Of a stretch of DNA of 64,000 nucleotides, positions 40,041 to 49,663 are shown piece by piece (positions within the stretch are counted from its first letter, which is position 1; each line of letters starts with the position of its first letter). This DNA is from an uncultured Erysipelotrichaceae bacterium. Its GTDB lineage: Bacteria; Bacillota_I; Bacilli_A; Erysipelotrichales; Erysipelotrichaceae. The notes under the pieces are model-generated. The model was not told where the DNA came from. It saw only the letters and a program-made list of their open reading frames with translations, and made no database searches. Where the stretch lies: NCBI GenBank assembly GCA_964386325.1, contig CAYLQY010000015.1:3361-67360 (forward strand), written 5' to 3'. Both the position numbers and the translations under genes were made by a program.

Positions 40041-41225
40041 TTATTTAATGATTTCGATAACGTTTCCAGAACCTACAGTTCTTCCACCTTCACGGATAGA
40101 GAATTTAGTTCCTTGTTCAACAGCGATTGGCGCGATTAATTCAACTGTCATTTCGATGTTGTCTCCTGGCATAACCATTTCAACACCTTCAGGAAGTTTT
40201 ACAACTCCTGTAACATCAGTAGTACGGAAATAGAATTGAGGACGGTAGTTTGTAACGAATGGTGTATGACGTCCACCTTCTTCTTTAGTTAATACGTATA
40301 CTTGAGCTTTGAAAGCTGTATGTGGAGTAACTGATCCAGGTTTAGCTAGACATTGTCCACGTTCGATTTCATCACGAGAAACACCACGTAATAATGCACC
40401 GATGTTGTCTCCTGCTTCAGCATAGTCTAATAATTTACGGAACATTTCGATACCAGTAACAACTGATTTTTTAGTATCATGAATACCAACGATTTCGATT
40501 TCTTCGTTAAGGTTTAAGTGTCCACGTTCAACACGTCCAGTAGCAACTGTACCACGACCTGTAATTGTAAATACGTCTTCAACAGCCATTAAGAATGGTT
40601 TGTCTGTTTCATGAGTTGGTGTAGGAATCCATTCATCAACTGCATTCATTAATTCAACGATTTTTTCTTCCCATTTTGCATCACCTTCAAGAGATTTTAA
40701 TGCAGAACCACGGATGATTGGAGTTTCATCTCCATCAAAACCGTAAGCAGAAAGAAGTTCACGTACTTCCATTTCAACAAGGTCGATTAATTCTTCATCT
40801 TCAACCATGTCGCATTTGTTTAGGAATACTACCATTCTTGGAACACCTACTTGACGAGCAAGTAAGATATGTTCACGAGTTTGAGGCATTGGTCCATCAG
40901 TAGCAGCAACAACAAGGATTGAACCATCCATTTGTGCAGCTCCTGTAATCATGTTTTTGATGTAGTCAGCATGGCCTGGGCAGTCAACGTGTGCATAGTG
41001 ACGAGCATCTGTTTCATACTCAACGTGTGCAGTATTGATTGTAATACCACGTTCTCTTTCTTCAGGTGCTCCATCGATTTGGTCATAAGCTTTAGCTTCA
41101 GCTTTTCCTGATTTTGCTAAAAAGTTTGTAATAGCAGCAGTTAATGTTGTTTTACCATGGTCAACGTGGCCAATAGTACCAATATTAACGTGTTCTTTAC
41201 TTCTGTCAAATTTTTGTTTTGCCAT
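40041..41225 (-). CDS. tuf: Elongation factor Tu
   Basis: 394 aa. [17 protein letters not shown] and NKCD motifs. Confidence 0.97.
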   Translation of the reverse strand: MAKQKFDRSKEHVNIGTIGHVDHGKTTLTAAITNFLAKSGKAEAKAYDQIDGAPEERERGITINTAHVEYETDARHYAHVDCPGHADYIKNMITGAAQMDGSILVVAATDGPMPQTREHILLARQVGVPRMVVFLNKCDMVEDEELIDLVEMEVRELLSAYGFDGDETPIIRGSALKSLEGDAKWEEKIVELMNAVDEWIPTPTHETDKPFLMAVEDVFTITGRGTVATGRVERGHLNLNEEIEIVGIHDTKKSVVTGIEMFRKLLDYAEAGDNIGALLRGVSRDEIERGQCLAKPGSVTPHTAFKAQVYVLTKEEGGRHTPFVTNYRPQFYFRTTDVTGVVKLPEGVEMVMPGDNIEMTVELIAPIAVEQGTKFSIREGGRTVGSGNVIEIIK

Positions 41226-41266
41226 TGTGCAAATTCCTCCTAATTTTTATATGTACAGCCAAATAT

Positions 41267-41295
41267 ATTTTAAGATAAACACTTAAATAATGCAA
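41267..41295 (-). promoter_or_regulatory. Internal promoter in front of tuf
   Basis: Minus strand reads TTGCAT - 17 nt - TAAAAT in the fusA-tuf spacer. Confidence 0.45.
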
Positions 41296-41305
41296 TATTT
41301 ATCGA

Positions 41306-43381
41306 TTATTCTTTAGCGTTTTTCTTTGCAATAGTTTCTGCAATGCTCTTAGGAACTTCTGAATAGTGATCCATTTGCATTACATAGTTACCACGACCTT
41401 GTGTAAATGAACGAAGGTCAGTTGAATATCCAAACATTTCAGAAAGTGGTACATGTGCTTTTACTTTAACAGCATTTCCAATTTCTTCTTGGTCACGGAT
41501 TTGTCCACGGCGCTTAGTAATATCACCCATTACTGAACCTAAATATTCAGCAGGAGCTGTTACGTCAACAACCATGATTGGTTCAAGTAGAACTGGTTTA
41601 CACTTCTTAGCTGCTTCTTTAAGAGCCATACTTGCCGCAATCTTATATGCCATTTCAGATGAATCGACATCATGATAAGATCCGTCAAATAATGTTGCTT
41701 TAATATCTACAACTGGGTAACCAGCAACTAAACCATTGTTTAATGCAGCTTCCAATCCATCGTGTGCTGGTTTGATATATTCTCTTGGAACTGTTCCACC
41801 AACGATAGCATCAATCCATTCAAATCCTTTTCCTTCTTCATTAGGTTCGAAGCGAATCCATACGTGACCGTATTGTCCACGTCCACCTGATTGACGAACG
41901 AATTTACCTTCACACTCAGCAGTACCACGAATAGTTTCACGGTAAGCAACTTGTGGAGCACCAACGTTAGCTTCTACTTTGAATTCACGACGCATACGGT
42001 CAACGATGATATCTAAGTGAAGTTCACCCATACCAGCGATGATTGTTTGCCCTGTTTCTTCATCAGTGTAAGTTTTGAATGTTGGATCTTCTTCAGCAAG
42101 TTTTGCAAGTGCAAGACCCATTTTATCTGAGTCAGCTTTTGTTTTAGGCTCAACTGACATTTGGATAACTGGTTCAGGGAAAATCATAGATTCAAGGATA
42201 ATTGGAGCCTTTTCATCACATAATGTGTCCCCTGTAGTTGTTGCTTTTAAACCTACAGCCGCTGCAATATCACCAGCATAAACTTGTTCAATTTCAGCAC
42301 GGTGGTTTGCATGCATTTGTACTAAACGTCCAAAACGTTCACGAGTATCTTTTGTAGCATTTAATACATAGCTTCCTGAAGATGCTGTACCTGAGTACAC
42401 ACGGAAGTAAGTTAAACGCCCTACGAATGGGTCAGTCATAACTTTAAATGCTAATGCTGAGAATGGTTCGCTATCATCAGCATGTCTTGCTTCTTCAGCA
42501 CCTTCTTCAGTAACACCCATGATTGCAGGGATATCTAATGGTGAAGGTAGATAATCAAGAACTGCGTCCAACATTAATTGAACACCTTTATTTTTATATG
42601 ATGATCCGCATAATACAGGGAAGAATTCAGAAGAAAGTACTCCAGCACGAATCGCTCTTTTAATTTCTTCAATTGTTGGTTCTTCACCTTCTAATACTTT
42701 CATCATAACTTCATCGTCATAGTCTGCAACCATTTCTACTAAAATATGACGAAGTCTTTCTGCTTCTTCTTTGAATTCATCAGCAATATCTGTTTCTTCA
42801 ACATCTGTACCCAAATCATTTTTGTACATATATTGTCTGCGCTCAATTAAATCAATAATTCCTCTAAATGTATTTTCTACACCAATTGGAAGTTGAATTG
42901 CAGCAGCTTTTGCTCCAAGACGGTTACCAATTGAGTTAACTGACATTAAGAAGTCAGCCCCAGTAGCGTCCATTTTATTACAATAAACAATACGAGGTAC
43001 TTTATATGTTGTTGCTTGTCTCCAAACAGTTTCTGTTTGAGGTTCTACTCCAGCTTTTGAGTCAAGAACTGTAACCGCACCATCTAATACACGAAGTGAA
43101 CGTTCAACTTCAACTGTGAAGTCTACGTGACCTGGAGTATCGATAATGTTTACACGGTAACCCTTCCATGATGCAGTTGTAGCTGCGGAAGTGATTGTGA
43201 TACCACGTTCTTGTTCTTGAGCCATCCAGTCCATTTGAGAAGCACCATCATGAGTTTCCCCAATTTTGTGTGTTTTCCCTGTATAGTAAAGGATACGTTC
43301 TGTTGTAGTGGTTTTACCAGCATCGATGTGAGCCATGATACCGATATTTCTTGTATGTAGTAAATCAAATTCACGTGCCAT
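41306..43381 (-). CDS. fusA: Elongation factor G
   Basis: 691 aa. [17 protein letters not shown] and NKMD motifs. Confidence 0.97.
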   Translation of the reverse strand: MAREFDLLHTRNIGIMAHIDAGKTTTTERILYYTGKTHKIGETHDGASQMDWMAQEQERGITITSAATTASWKGYRVNIIDTPGHVDFTVEVERSLRVLDGAVTVLDSKAGVEPQTETVWRQATTYKVPRIVYCNKMDATGADFLMSVNSIGNRLGAKAAAIQLPIGVENTFRGIIDLIERRQYMYKNDLGTDVEETDIADEFKEEAERLRHILVEMVADYDDEVMMKVLEGEEPTIEEIKRAIRAGVLSSEFFPVLCGSSYKNKGVQLMLDAVLDYLPSPLDIPAIMGVTEEGAEEARHADDSEPFSALAFKVMTDPFVGRLTYFRVYSGTASSGSYVLNATKDTRERFGRLVQMHANHRAEIEQVYAGDIAAAVGLKATTTGDTLCDEKAPIILESMIFPEPVIQMSVEPKTKADSDKMGLALAKLAEEDPTFKTYTDEETGQTIIAGMGELHLDIIVDRMRREFKVEANVGAPQVAYRETIRGTAECEGKFVRQSGGRGQYGHVWIRFEPNEEGKGFEWIDAIVGGTVPREYIKPAHDGLEAALNNGLVAGYPVVDIKATLFDGSYHDVDSSEMAYKIAASMALKEAAKKCKPVLLEPIMVVDVTAPAEYLGSVMGDITKRRGQIRDQEEIGNAVKVKAHVPLSEMFGYSTDLRSFTQGRGNYVMQMDHYSEVPKSIAETIAKKNAKE

Positions 43382-43399
43382 AACTGTATATCCCCTCTA

Positions 43400-43873
<474 letters not shown>

Positions 43874-43886
43874 TTAACCTCCTATC

Positions 43887-44306
43887 CTATTTCGCAGCCT
43901 TTGGCTTTTTCGTACCGTATAATGAACGAGATTGATTACGTCCGTTTACTCCAGCACAGTCCAAAGTTCCGCGGATAATGTGATAACGTACCCCTGGTAA
44001 GTCTTTAATACGACCTCCACGAATCATAACCACACTATGTTCTTGTAAGTTATGTCCAATTCCTGGAATGTAAGCAGTAACTTCCATCCCGTTACTTAAA
44101 CGTACACGGGCATATTTACGAAGAGCTGAGTTAGGTTTTTTAGGAGTCATTGTTCCCACACGAGTACAAACCCCTCTCTTTTGAGGACTAGATAAATCTG
44201 TTGTAGTGCTCTTTAAAGAGTTGTAACCTTTGTTTAAAGCTGGAGATTTAGATTTCCAAACTTTATTTGTACGACCTTTACGTACTAACTGATTAATTGT
44301 TGGCAT
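43887..44306 (-). CDS. rpsL: 30S ribosomal protein S12
   Basis: 139 aa from the ATG at 44306 ([12 protein letters not shown]; AAGGAGAAC RBS). The 24-codon upstream extension in the track is not supported. Confidence 0.95.
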   Translation of the reverse strand: MPTINQLVRKGRTNKVWKSKSPALNKGYNSLKSTTTDLSSPQKRGVCTRVGTMTPKKPNSALRKYARVRLSNGMEVTAYIPGIGHNLQEHSVVMIRGGRIKDLPGVRYHIIRGTLDCAGVNGRNQSRSLYGTKKPKAAK

Positions 44307-44409
44307 TAATAGTTCTCCTTCCGATTTAAGCACACACTTCCAAGCGTGCCATACATTAGCATAAATAATAGTTTCCATGCAGGAAACCTAATAGTCGCTA
44401 AGCCTTATT

Positions 44410-44439
44410 ATTCTAAATCATTTCATGTTGTCTTGTCAA
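44410..44439 (-). promoter_or_regulatory. str operon promoter
   Basis: Minus strand reads TTGACA - 18 nt - TAGAAT. The leader of roughly 95 nt contains a GUUUCC-ugcau-GGAAAC hairpin. Confidence 0.55.
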
Positions 44440-44601
44440 CAGCTAAAGGATGAAATATTAATATTTCATTTAAAACTTGTGTTTTTCTATATTTATTTGT
44501 CTACTAATTGATTATTTACTGTTTTTAAACCATCTTTATCGATTAAATATTTCCTGGTGAATAACACACTATTTTCATATTTAAAACCGTTAATGCAAAT
44601 G

Positions 44602-44629
44602 AAAAGGGCATTTTAAATGCCCCTTTTTT
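44602..44629 (-). terminator. Terminator after the 1591-aa lipoprotein gene (palindromic, could act in both directions)
   Basis: AAAAGGGCAT-tttaa-ATGCCCCTTTT. Confidence 0.65.
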
Positions 44630-44674
44630 ACTTTGGATAATACTAGGTCAATGTTGGAATTCTTCAGTGATGAG

Positions 44675-47600
44675 TTATTCATCACCTGCAGGTTGTTGGT
44701 CAACAGGTATCGTTTGGTCTGTACTAGGTATTATTCCTTCAACTGAAGGTGTCTCAACACTTTCAGTTATTGGACTTGATTCAATAGAGATTTCTTCCTC
44801 TTTTGATTCATCTATCGGTTCTAAAGATTCTACTACTGGTTCTAGCGCAGTTGCTTGTACTGGCTCATCAGCCACAACTTCAACTTCAACTTCTATTGTT
44901 TTTGTAACACCTCTATGTGTAGCAGATATCGTCACCTTACCTACAGCATTTCCAGTTATTCTTCCTTGACTATCGATACTAACAATCTTTTCATCAGAAG
45001 TAGTCCAAGATACTTCTTTTTCATTTGTAGCCGGTATTTTCAATGATAGATCTTTTGATTCTCCAACCTTTATTGGATCAACATTTTCTAAAACCATTAC
45101 ATCTGGATTTAAAGGAATTTTCACTGATTGCGTTTGCTTAGTTATAGTACCATTGTTAATAATAATTAAATCAACATATAAGATATCAATGTTATCTAAC
45201 CAACCTATTGGTTGGATTGTAGACGGATTTGTCCAAGTTTGCCAAGAAGTTGCTGAAACTTTTGTGCCAATACTTGTAGGTTGCCCATCTAATGCAATGC
45301 CATCAGACATTGGATTTCCTAGACTATCACAAATATATCCACTCCATAATTTATTTTTAATAAGTGGGGTATTATTTCCAGTCATAACTGGAATTCTATT
45401 ACCATCTATTTCGGTATAATACACTAAAATAATATCATTCCCTAAATTTTTTACTGCAGCTGAAATTTTCGCCGCTTCTGAACTTGTTAATAAATCAGTA
45501 TACGCTACTTGAATCGCTTGCGAAGTATCCACATTGTAGTTATCTAAATACACATCATTATTTAATGAAAACTTAACAACGATATTTTCTCCTCTACGAT
45601 ATTCAACCACAAAGTTTGATATTTCAACATCTCCAGGAATTCTTATATATGTAATTTGATCATCTGTTACATAAGCACCACCAACTAAAGACAATCCTAG
45701 ACTTTCATTTGCGTGACTGCTTATTACTTTTACAGCTCCATCATCGTTTCTTATATATCCAACAAGTGAACCTGTTTTAGAATTATCTATACCTATTACA
45801 TTCCCTGTTGCATAACTATTTTCAATTTTACTGACATTAGACATTGTAGTTGTTCCTACTTCACCAACTAAGCCACCTATAGATATTTTCTTTGCAGCAG
45901 CATATTCTGAAAAAGTATTTGTTTTTACATTCCCTGTTGCATAGCTATCCTTTATACCTACACCATAATGTAAAAATCCGACAAGCCCACCTACTTTTCT
46001 TGTTCCTTCAACATTTACATTTGTTGAACAATTTATGATTTTATCGATTGCGCTTGATTCTTGTTCACCTGTATAACCAATGATTCCTCCAACATTATCT
46101 CCTTCAGCACCTTCTGCTAGATAAATTCCAGAGACTGAACTGTTGGCACTTGCATTAATTGAACAACTATCAATCACTCCATACCCTTCACCAACGACGC
46201 CACCTACTTTATAATTACCAGAAATTTGAACATTCCCAATAATATTCACATTTTGTATTTTGCCATTATTTAATCCCGATACAGCGCCTACATTCTCTTT
46301 ACCCATAAGTTCAACATTGTTTATGGTTAAATTTTTAACAATACCTGTTCCACTAATACCACCAAACAACCCTGTTCCGCTTACTGATTCTGCATTAACT
46401 GATTTCAAATTGGAAATCGTCTTTCCATTACCGTCAAAAGTTCCTAAAAATGCTTTATTTGCAGTTTGTCCTATCGGTGTCCAATTATTCTTATTTAGAT
46501 TTATATTGTTTGTCAATACAATCGTCTTTCCTGAAAAACTATTTCCATTATTAACAAGTTGAGAAAGTCCTGCAAGTTCTTCAGCCTTTGCTAACTCAAA
46601 TGTAGTTTGTTCAGTGTTGAACCAACTTGTGTCAACTTTATTACCATCCCATACCGAAGAAGTACGTGGAATATCAACATTAAGTGATTTTTTAATAATT
46701 TCACCATTATAAACAACTATAATATCTACACAAACTTTATGACCTTGCGCAGCATCTAACCATCCTTCACTTACTGTTCCTGTAAGTGGATTTGTTGATG
46801 TAATCCATGTTTTATTATTTAACACTCTTTCACCAATATATGTCAACGGCAATAATGTTCCTGCTTCTAAACGTTTCGTCTCTGTTCCATCATGATAATT
46901 TAAATAGCCATCCCAATATTTGTTTTTAACTAATGGGTTTCCATCTTCTGTTAGTAAAGAAACTGGAACATCATTATCATCTAAATAATAGTAATTTAAA
47001 ACAACATCGTTTCCTAGTTCCCAACTACTTTCCCAAGTAATTCCATTCATCAATAGTTTTGTATATGCAGCAGTTAAAGCAGTATTATCTTTAATACCCC
47101 ATGCATTTCGCATTATAAATCCTTTATCTAAATCAAATTCGACAACGATATTTTCATTTTCTGAATCGAATGCAATTTTCGCATTTGAAATTATCGGTAA
47201 CACATATGGGTTATCCACCAGTGGTAGTTCTTTGTTTGTACCTGCTTTACTGTTTATTGTTGCTCCTGTTGTCACTAAACTATTATTTACAAAACTATCA
47301 ACCTCTTCTTTACTTTCCATATTATCAAGATAAATTGAACTATTTAAGTAATCTGTTGAATCAATTAAATTAACTACCCCTTTGAATTCAAGTTTGTCCA
47401 ACCCACAATCCACTCGAATTAAATTTTGTGATAATCCTGATAACTTAGATTCATCTGTTTGATAGTTTGTAACCGTACTATCTTCAATTGTCATTTTATT
47501 GCCAAATGCTTTTTGATTATCAAATATACCATAAATGTCGTTATTTAAGACAATTGTCGAGAAAGAATTTGCTCCGCCTACCATTTTATTAATTCCTTTT

Positions 47601-49450
47601 AATGTAGATCCTTTAACCAAATAATTTCCATAAGAACCCCAAACATTTAATGCTCCCCAAGCATTGATATTACTATTTAATACAGTAACATTTAATCCTA
47701 GGCTATTATCTTCAGCACGTGGATTATCTCCACCTACATTGATACCATATTGATACCCATATATTTTACTTGAGTTGATTGAAACAGTACCTACGGAATC
47801 TAAGAGTGAAATTCCTCTTGATGATTCATATATAACATCTGTTTCAATATCGGTAATTCTTTTATTTCTTATCTCACTATTATTAAGAAAGATATTACTT
47901 TGTAACTTTTCTGTTTTCGATTTATCTTCAATACCATTATTTGAAATACCTCTAGCATTTGTCAACAATACCGTTGAATTTAGAGTAATATCAAAATCTA
48001 TGTCATATCCTATTGATATCCCTTTAGAGTCTTTACCAATAGCATCAACAGTTAAGTTATTTAATGAGAACTTCGTTTTGTTATCAACTATAAATGCATC
48101 ACCGCTTGTAATTGTTAATTTAGTATTATTACCAAAAATAGCAAGATCTCTACTAATCGTTAACCCTTTATCGAGCGTGATATCTTGTGTAAGATTTATT
48201 GCACTAACACGATTGTCTGCAACAATTGCTACAATATTTTCACTTGTAGCATCAACTGTAATTTTCCCTGTTAATGTTTTTGCTGAAGTCACACTAGCAT
48301 TAAAATCATAAATATTTCCTAAGTCATCTAACCAAAGTACATAACTTCCAGCATAAACATCATCTTTAAGACTGACAACTGGTTTAATTATTTTTTCACC
48401 TTGTTTAATACTTTGAGAGTCTACTGAGTATCCATCCAACACAAAATTAACTGTATAAGTTGGTGTTGGTACTGCAGTTGGTTTTGGTGTTGATGGTGTT
48501 GATGGTGGTACTGGTGTTGGTTCTACTGTTGGCACTGGTGTTGCAGGTGCTTTTGTAGGAACGGCAGTTGGTTTTGGTGCATTTGTCGCAACTGGTGTTG
48601 GCGTCGCAGCAACTATTTCCTTATTTGATTCTTGAATTGGATTTTCATTTACTGTTGTTGTTTCTGCTTTAATATTTCCAGTTACATTATTTGTATCCGT
48701 TGTAATAACATTCGTTAACTTACCTTCTCCAGATACATCTATTTTTGTTTCAGTCGCTAAGTTTTTAACTTCTACGTCCTTCGCTACTGTCATTGTTGTA
48801 TTTTGAGCCGCTGCTTCAACCCTCACGTTTTCTACTGCTGCTTCTAAACTAACTTTACTTTCTGCTTTCAAATTCAAATCTGTTATAGGTGATTGCACAA
48901 GCAAACTAGTAGGAGCATTAACTTCTACTTTAGTCACTTTTGAATTAGGTTGAAGTGCAATGTCTGTTGCCTTAGCATCAGGTTTAACACTTAAATTTGT
49001 AACTTGTCCTGATACCTCTAAGTTCGTTTCTCCACCTAAATCAACAGTTTCAACTTTTGAGTTTTCAGATATTACAATACGAACTGCACTACCTGCTTTC
49101 CCACTTTCCATTGATTTTATATCACTATTATCAATGTGGATTGAGTTTGATCCTCCACCTTCAATAATTAATTTCCCATTTACTTTAACTCCATCTAGAG
49201 TTACATCACCTTCGCCGACACTTTTATCAATGGTCAAGTCACCAGAAAATGTTGTATTTTTAATAACTACATCTGAAACCGTGATTATACCTGAAGCATA
49301 ACTCGATTGATCATATGTCTTGCCCTCATTAAATGTCATTAGTGTGGGTTGTTCAGTTTCTTTCAAAGTATCATCTTTCTTAGGCGAACAGCCCGTAAGG
49401 ATACCCATCGATAAGAACGCACATAATAATGTTATTATTATTTTCTTCAT
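44675..49450 (-). CDS. Giant surface lipoprotein (1591 aa): beta-helix-like region, Pro/Thr linker, two diverged copies of an unknown module, GLUG-repeat region, Big_2 domain, acidic tail
   Basis: Lipobox GILTG-C-SPKK. GLUG-type repeats (VGGVVGE, VGGIIGY, VGGLVGF, IGGLVGE). Big_2-like segment VSWTTSDEKIVSIDSQGRITGNAVGKVTISA. GAGGGAGAG RBS. Confidence 0.85.
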   Translation of the reverse strand: MKKIIITLLCAFLSMGILTGCSPKKDDTLKETEQPTLMTFNEGKTYDQSSYASGIITVSDVVIKNTTFSGDLTIDKSVGEGDVTLDGVKVNGKLIIEGGGSNSIHIDNSDIKSMESGKAGSAVRIVISENSKVETVDLGGETNLEVSGQVTNLSVKPDAKATDIALQPNSKVTKVEVNAPTSLLVQSPITDLNLKAESKVSLEAAVENVRVEAAAQNTTMTVAKDVEVKNLATETKIDVSGEGKLTNVITTDTNNVTGNIKAETTTVNENPIQESNKEIVAATPTPVATNAPKPTAVPTKAPATPVPTVEPTPVPPSTPSTPKPTAVPTPTYTVNFVLDGYSVDSQSIKQGEKIIKPVVSLKDDVYAGSYVLWLDDLGNIYDFNASVTSAKTLTGKITVDATSENIVAIVADNRVSAINLTQDITLDKGLTISRDLAIFGNNTKLTITSGDAFIVDNKTKFSLNNLTVDAIGKDSKGISIGYDIDFDITLNSTVLLTNARGISNNGIEDKSKTEKLQSNIFLNNSEIRNKRITDIETDVIYESSRGISLLDSVGTVSINSSKIYGYQYGINVGGDNPRAEDNSLGLNVTVLNSNINAWGALNVWGSYGNYLVKGSTLKGINKMVGGANSFSTIVLNNDIYGIFDNQKAFGNKMTIEDSTVTNYQTDESKLSGLSQNLIRVDCGLDKLEFKGVVNLIDSTDYLNSSIYLDNMESKEEVDSFVNNSLVTTGATINSKAGTNKELPLVDNPYVLPIISNAKIAFDSENENIVVEFDLDKGFIMRNAWGIKDNTALTAAYTKLLMNGITWESSWELGNDVVLNYYYLDDNDVPVSLLTEDGNPLVKNKYWDGYLNYHDGTETKRLEAGTLLPLTYIGERVLNNKTWITSTNPLTGTVSEGWLDAAQGHKVCVDIIVVYNGEIIKKSLNVDIPRTSSVWDGNKVDTSWFNTEQTTFELAKAEELAGLSQLVNNGNSFSGKTIVLTNNINLNKNNWTPIGQTANKAFLGTFDGNGKTISNLKSVNAESVSGTGLFGGISGTGIVKNLTINNVELMGKENVGAVSGLNNGKIQNVNIIGNVQISGNYKVGGVVGEGYGVIDSCSINASANSSVSGIYLAEGAEGDNVGGIIGYTGEQESSAIDKIINCSTNVNVEGTRKVGGLVGFLHYGVGIKDSYATGNVKTNTFSEYAAAKKISIGGLVGEVGTTTMSNVSKIENSYATGNVIGIDNSKTGSLVGYIRNDDGAVKVISSHANESLGLSLVGGAYVTDDQITYIRIPGDVEISNFVVEYRRGENIVVKFSLNNDVYLDNYNVDTSQAIQVAYTDLLTSSEAAKISAAVKNLGNDIILVYYTEIDGNRIPVMTGNNTPLIKNKLWSGYICDSLGNPMSDGIALDGQPTSIGTKVSATSWQTWTNPSTIQPIGWLDNIDILYVDLIIINNGTITKQTQSVKIPLNPDVMVLENVDPIKVGESKDLSLKIPATNEKEVSWTTSDEKIVSIDSQGRITGNAVGKVTISATHRGVTKTIEVEVEVVADEPVQATALEPVVESLEPIDESKEEEISIESSPITESVETPSVEGIIPSTDQTIPVDQQPAGDE

Positions 49451-49470
49451 ATACTCTCCCTCATAGAATT

Positions 49471-49496
49471 AAAAAATACGAGACCTTATAGCCCCG
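49471..49496 (-). terminator. Terminator-like hairpin in the leader of the 1591-aa lipoprotein gene (candidate riboswitch expression platform)
   Basis: Minus strand reads CGGGGC-UAUAAG-GUCUCG (6 bp, 2 of them G-U) followed by UAUUUUUU. Ends about 20 nt before the RBS. Confidence 0.4.
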
Positions 49497-49514
49497 CACA
49501 CTTTAAAATACAAA

Positions 49515-49593
49515 GTTTTACTGCAACTGGCTACCATGTTAAAGGCCCTTTAGTTTTGTGTCACCATCTTTCGATGATTTTACCTATTCATAT
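49515..49593 (-). promoter_or_regulatory. Candidate divergent GEMM-I (c-di-GMP-I) riboswitch aptamer
   Basis: Minus strand GGUAAAAUCAUCGAAAGAUGGUGACACAAAAC aligns without gaps to the Vc2 core GGCAAACCAUUCGAAAGAGUGGGACGCAAAGC. Both have a GAAA-capped helix flanked by GGYAAA and GACRCAAA. The downstream AGCCAGUUGC resembles the conserved 3' strand. Confidence 0.45.
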
Positions 49594-49599
49594 AAATAC

Positions 49600-49629
49600 A
49601 TAATACCACTTATTTTAATATTTTGTATA
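49600..49629 (-). promoter_or_regulatory. Promoter of the riboswitch-like leader
   Basis: Minus strand reads TATACA - 18 nt - (TGg)TATTAT, an extended -10. Confidence 0.4.
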
Positions 49630-49634
49630 AATAA

Positions 49635-49661
49635 ACAAAAAAATGGTATAAAAATACCATT
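49635..49661 (-). terminator. Intrinsic terminator after feoB
   Basis: Minus strand reads AAUGGUAU-UUUU-AUACCAUU followed by U7. Confidence 0.75.
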
Positions 49662-49663
49662 TC

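Noticed and set aside
44307-44378. 24-codon N-terminal extension of rpsL in the ORF track.
   Set aside because: The universal S12 N-terminus MPTINQL starts at 44306 with a consensus RBS just upstream. The extension would cover the leader hairpin.
44450-44469. 20-bp perfect AT palindrome ATGAAATATTAATATTTCAT just upstream of the rpsL -35.
   Set aside because: It may simply be an A/T-rich UP-element region. There is no adjacent regulator and no second copy in the window, so no specific function can be supported.
47775-48311. 178-aa plus-strand ORF antisense to the 1591-aa lipoprotein gene. Similar antisense ORFs occur at 23175-23537, 49740-50195, 57642-58196, 44667-44969 and 46260-46562.
   Set aside because: These ORFs are fully embedded antisense in long, well-supported genes. 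They lack RBSs and their translations are low-complexity (Ser/Ile/Leu/Phe-rich), typical of the reverse frame of AT-rich coding DNA.
48470-48610. Short GC-richer periodic motif (GGTGTTGG / GGTACTGG repeats) that looks like a DNA repeat array.
   Set aside because: It encodes the Pro/Thr/Ala-rich linker (PTPVATNAPKPTAVPTKAP...) of the lipoprotein. The periodicity is codon-level, not a CRISPR or satellite array.
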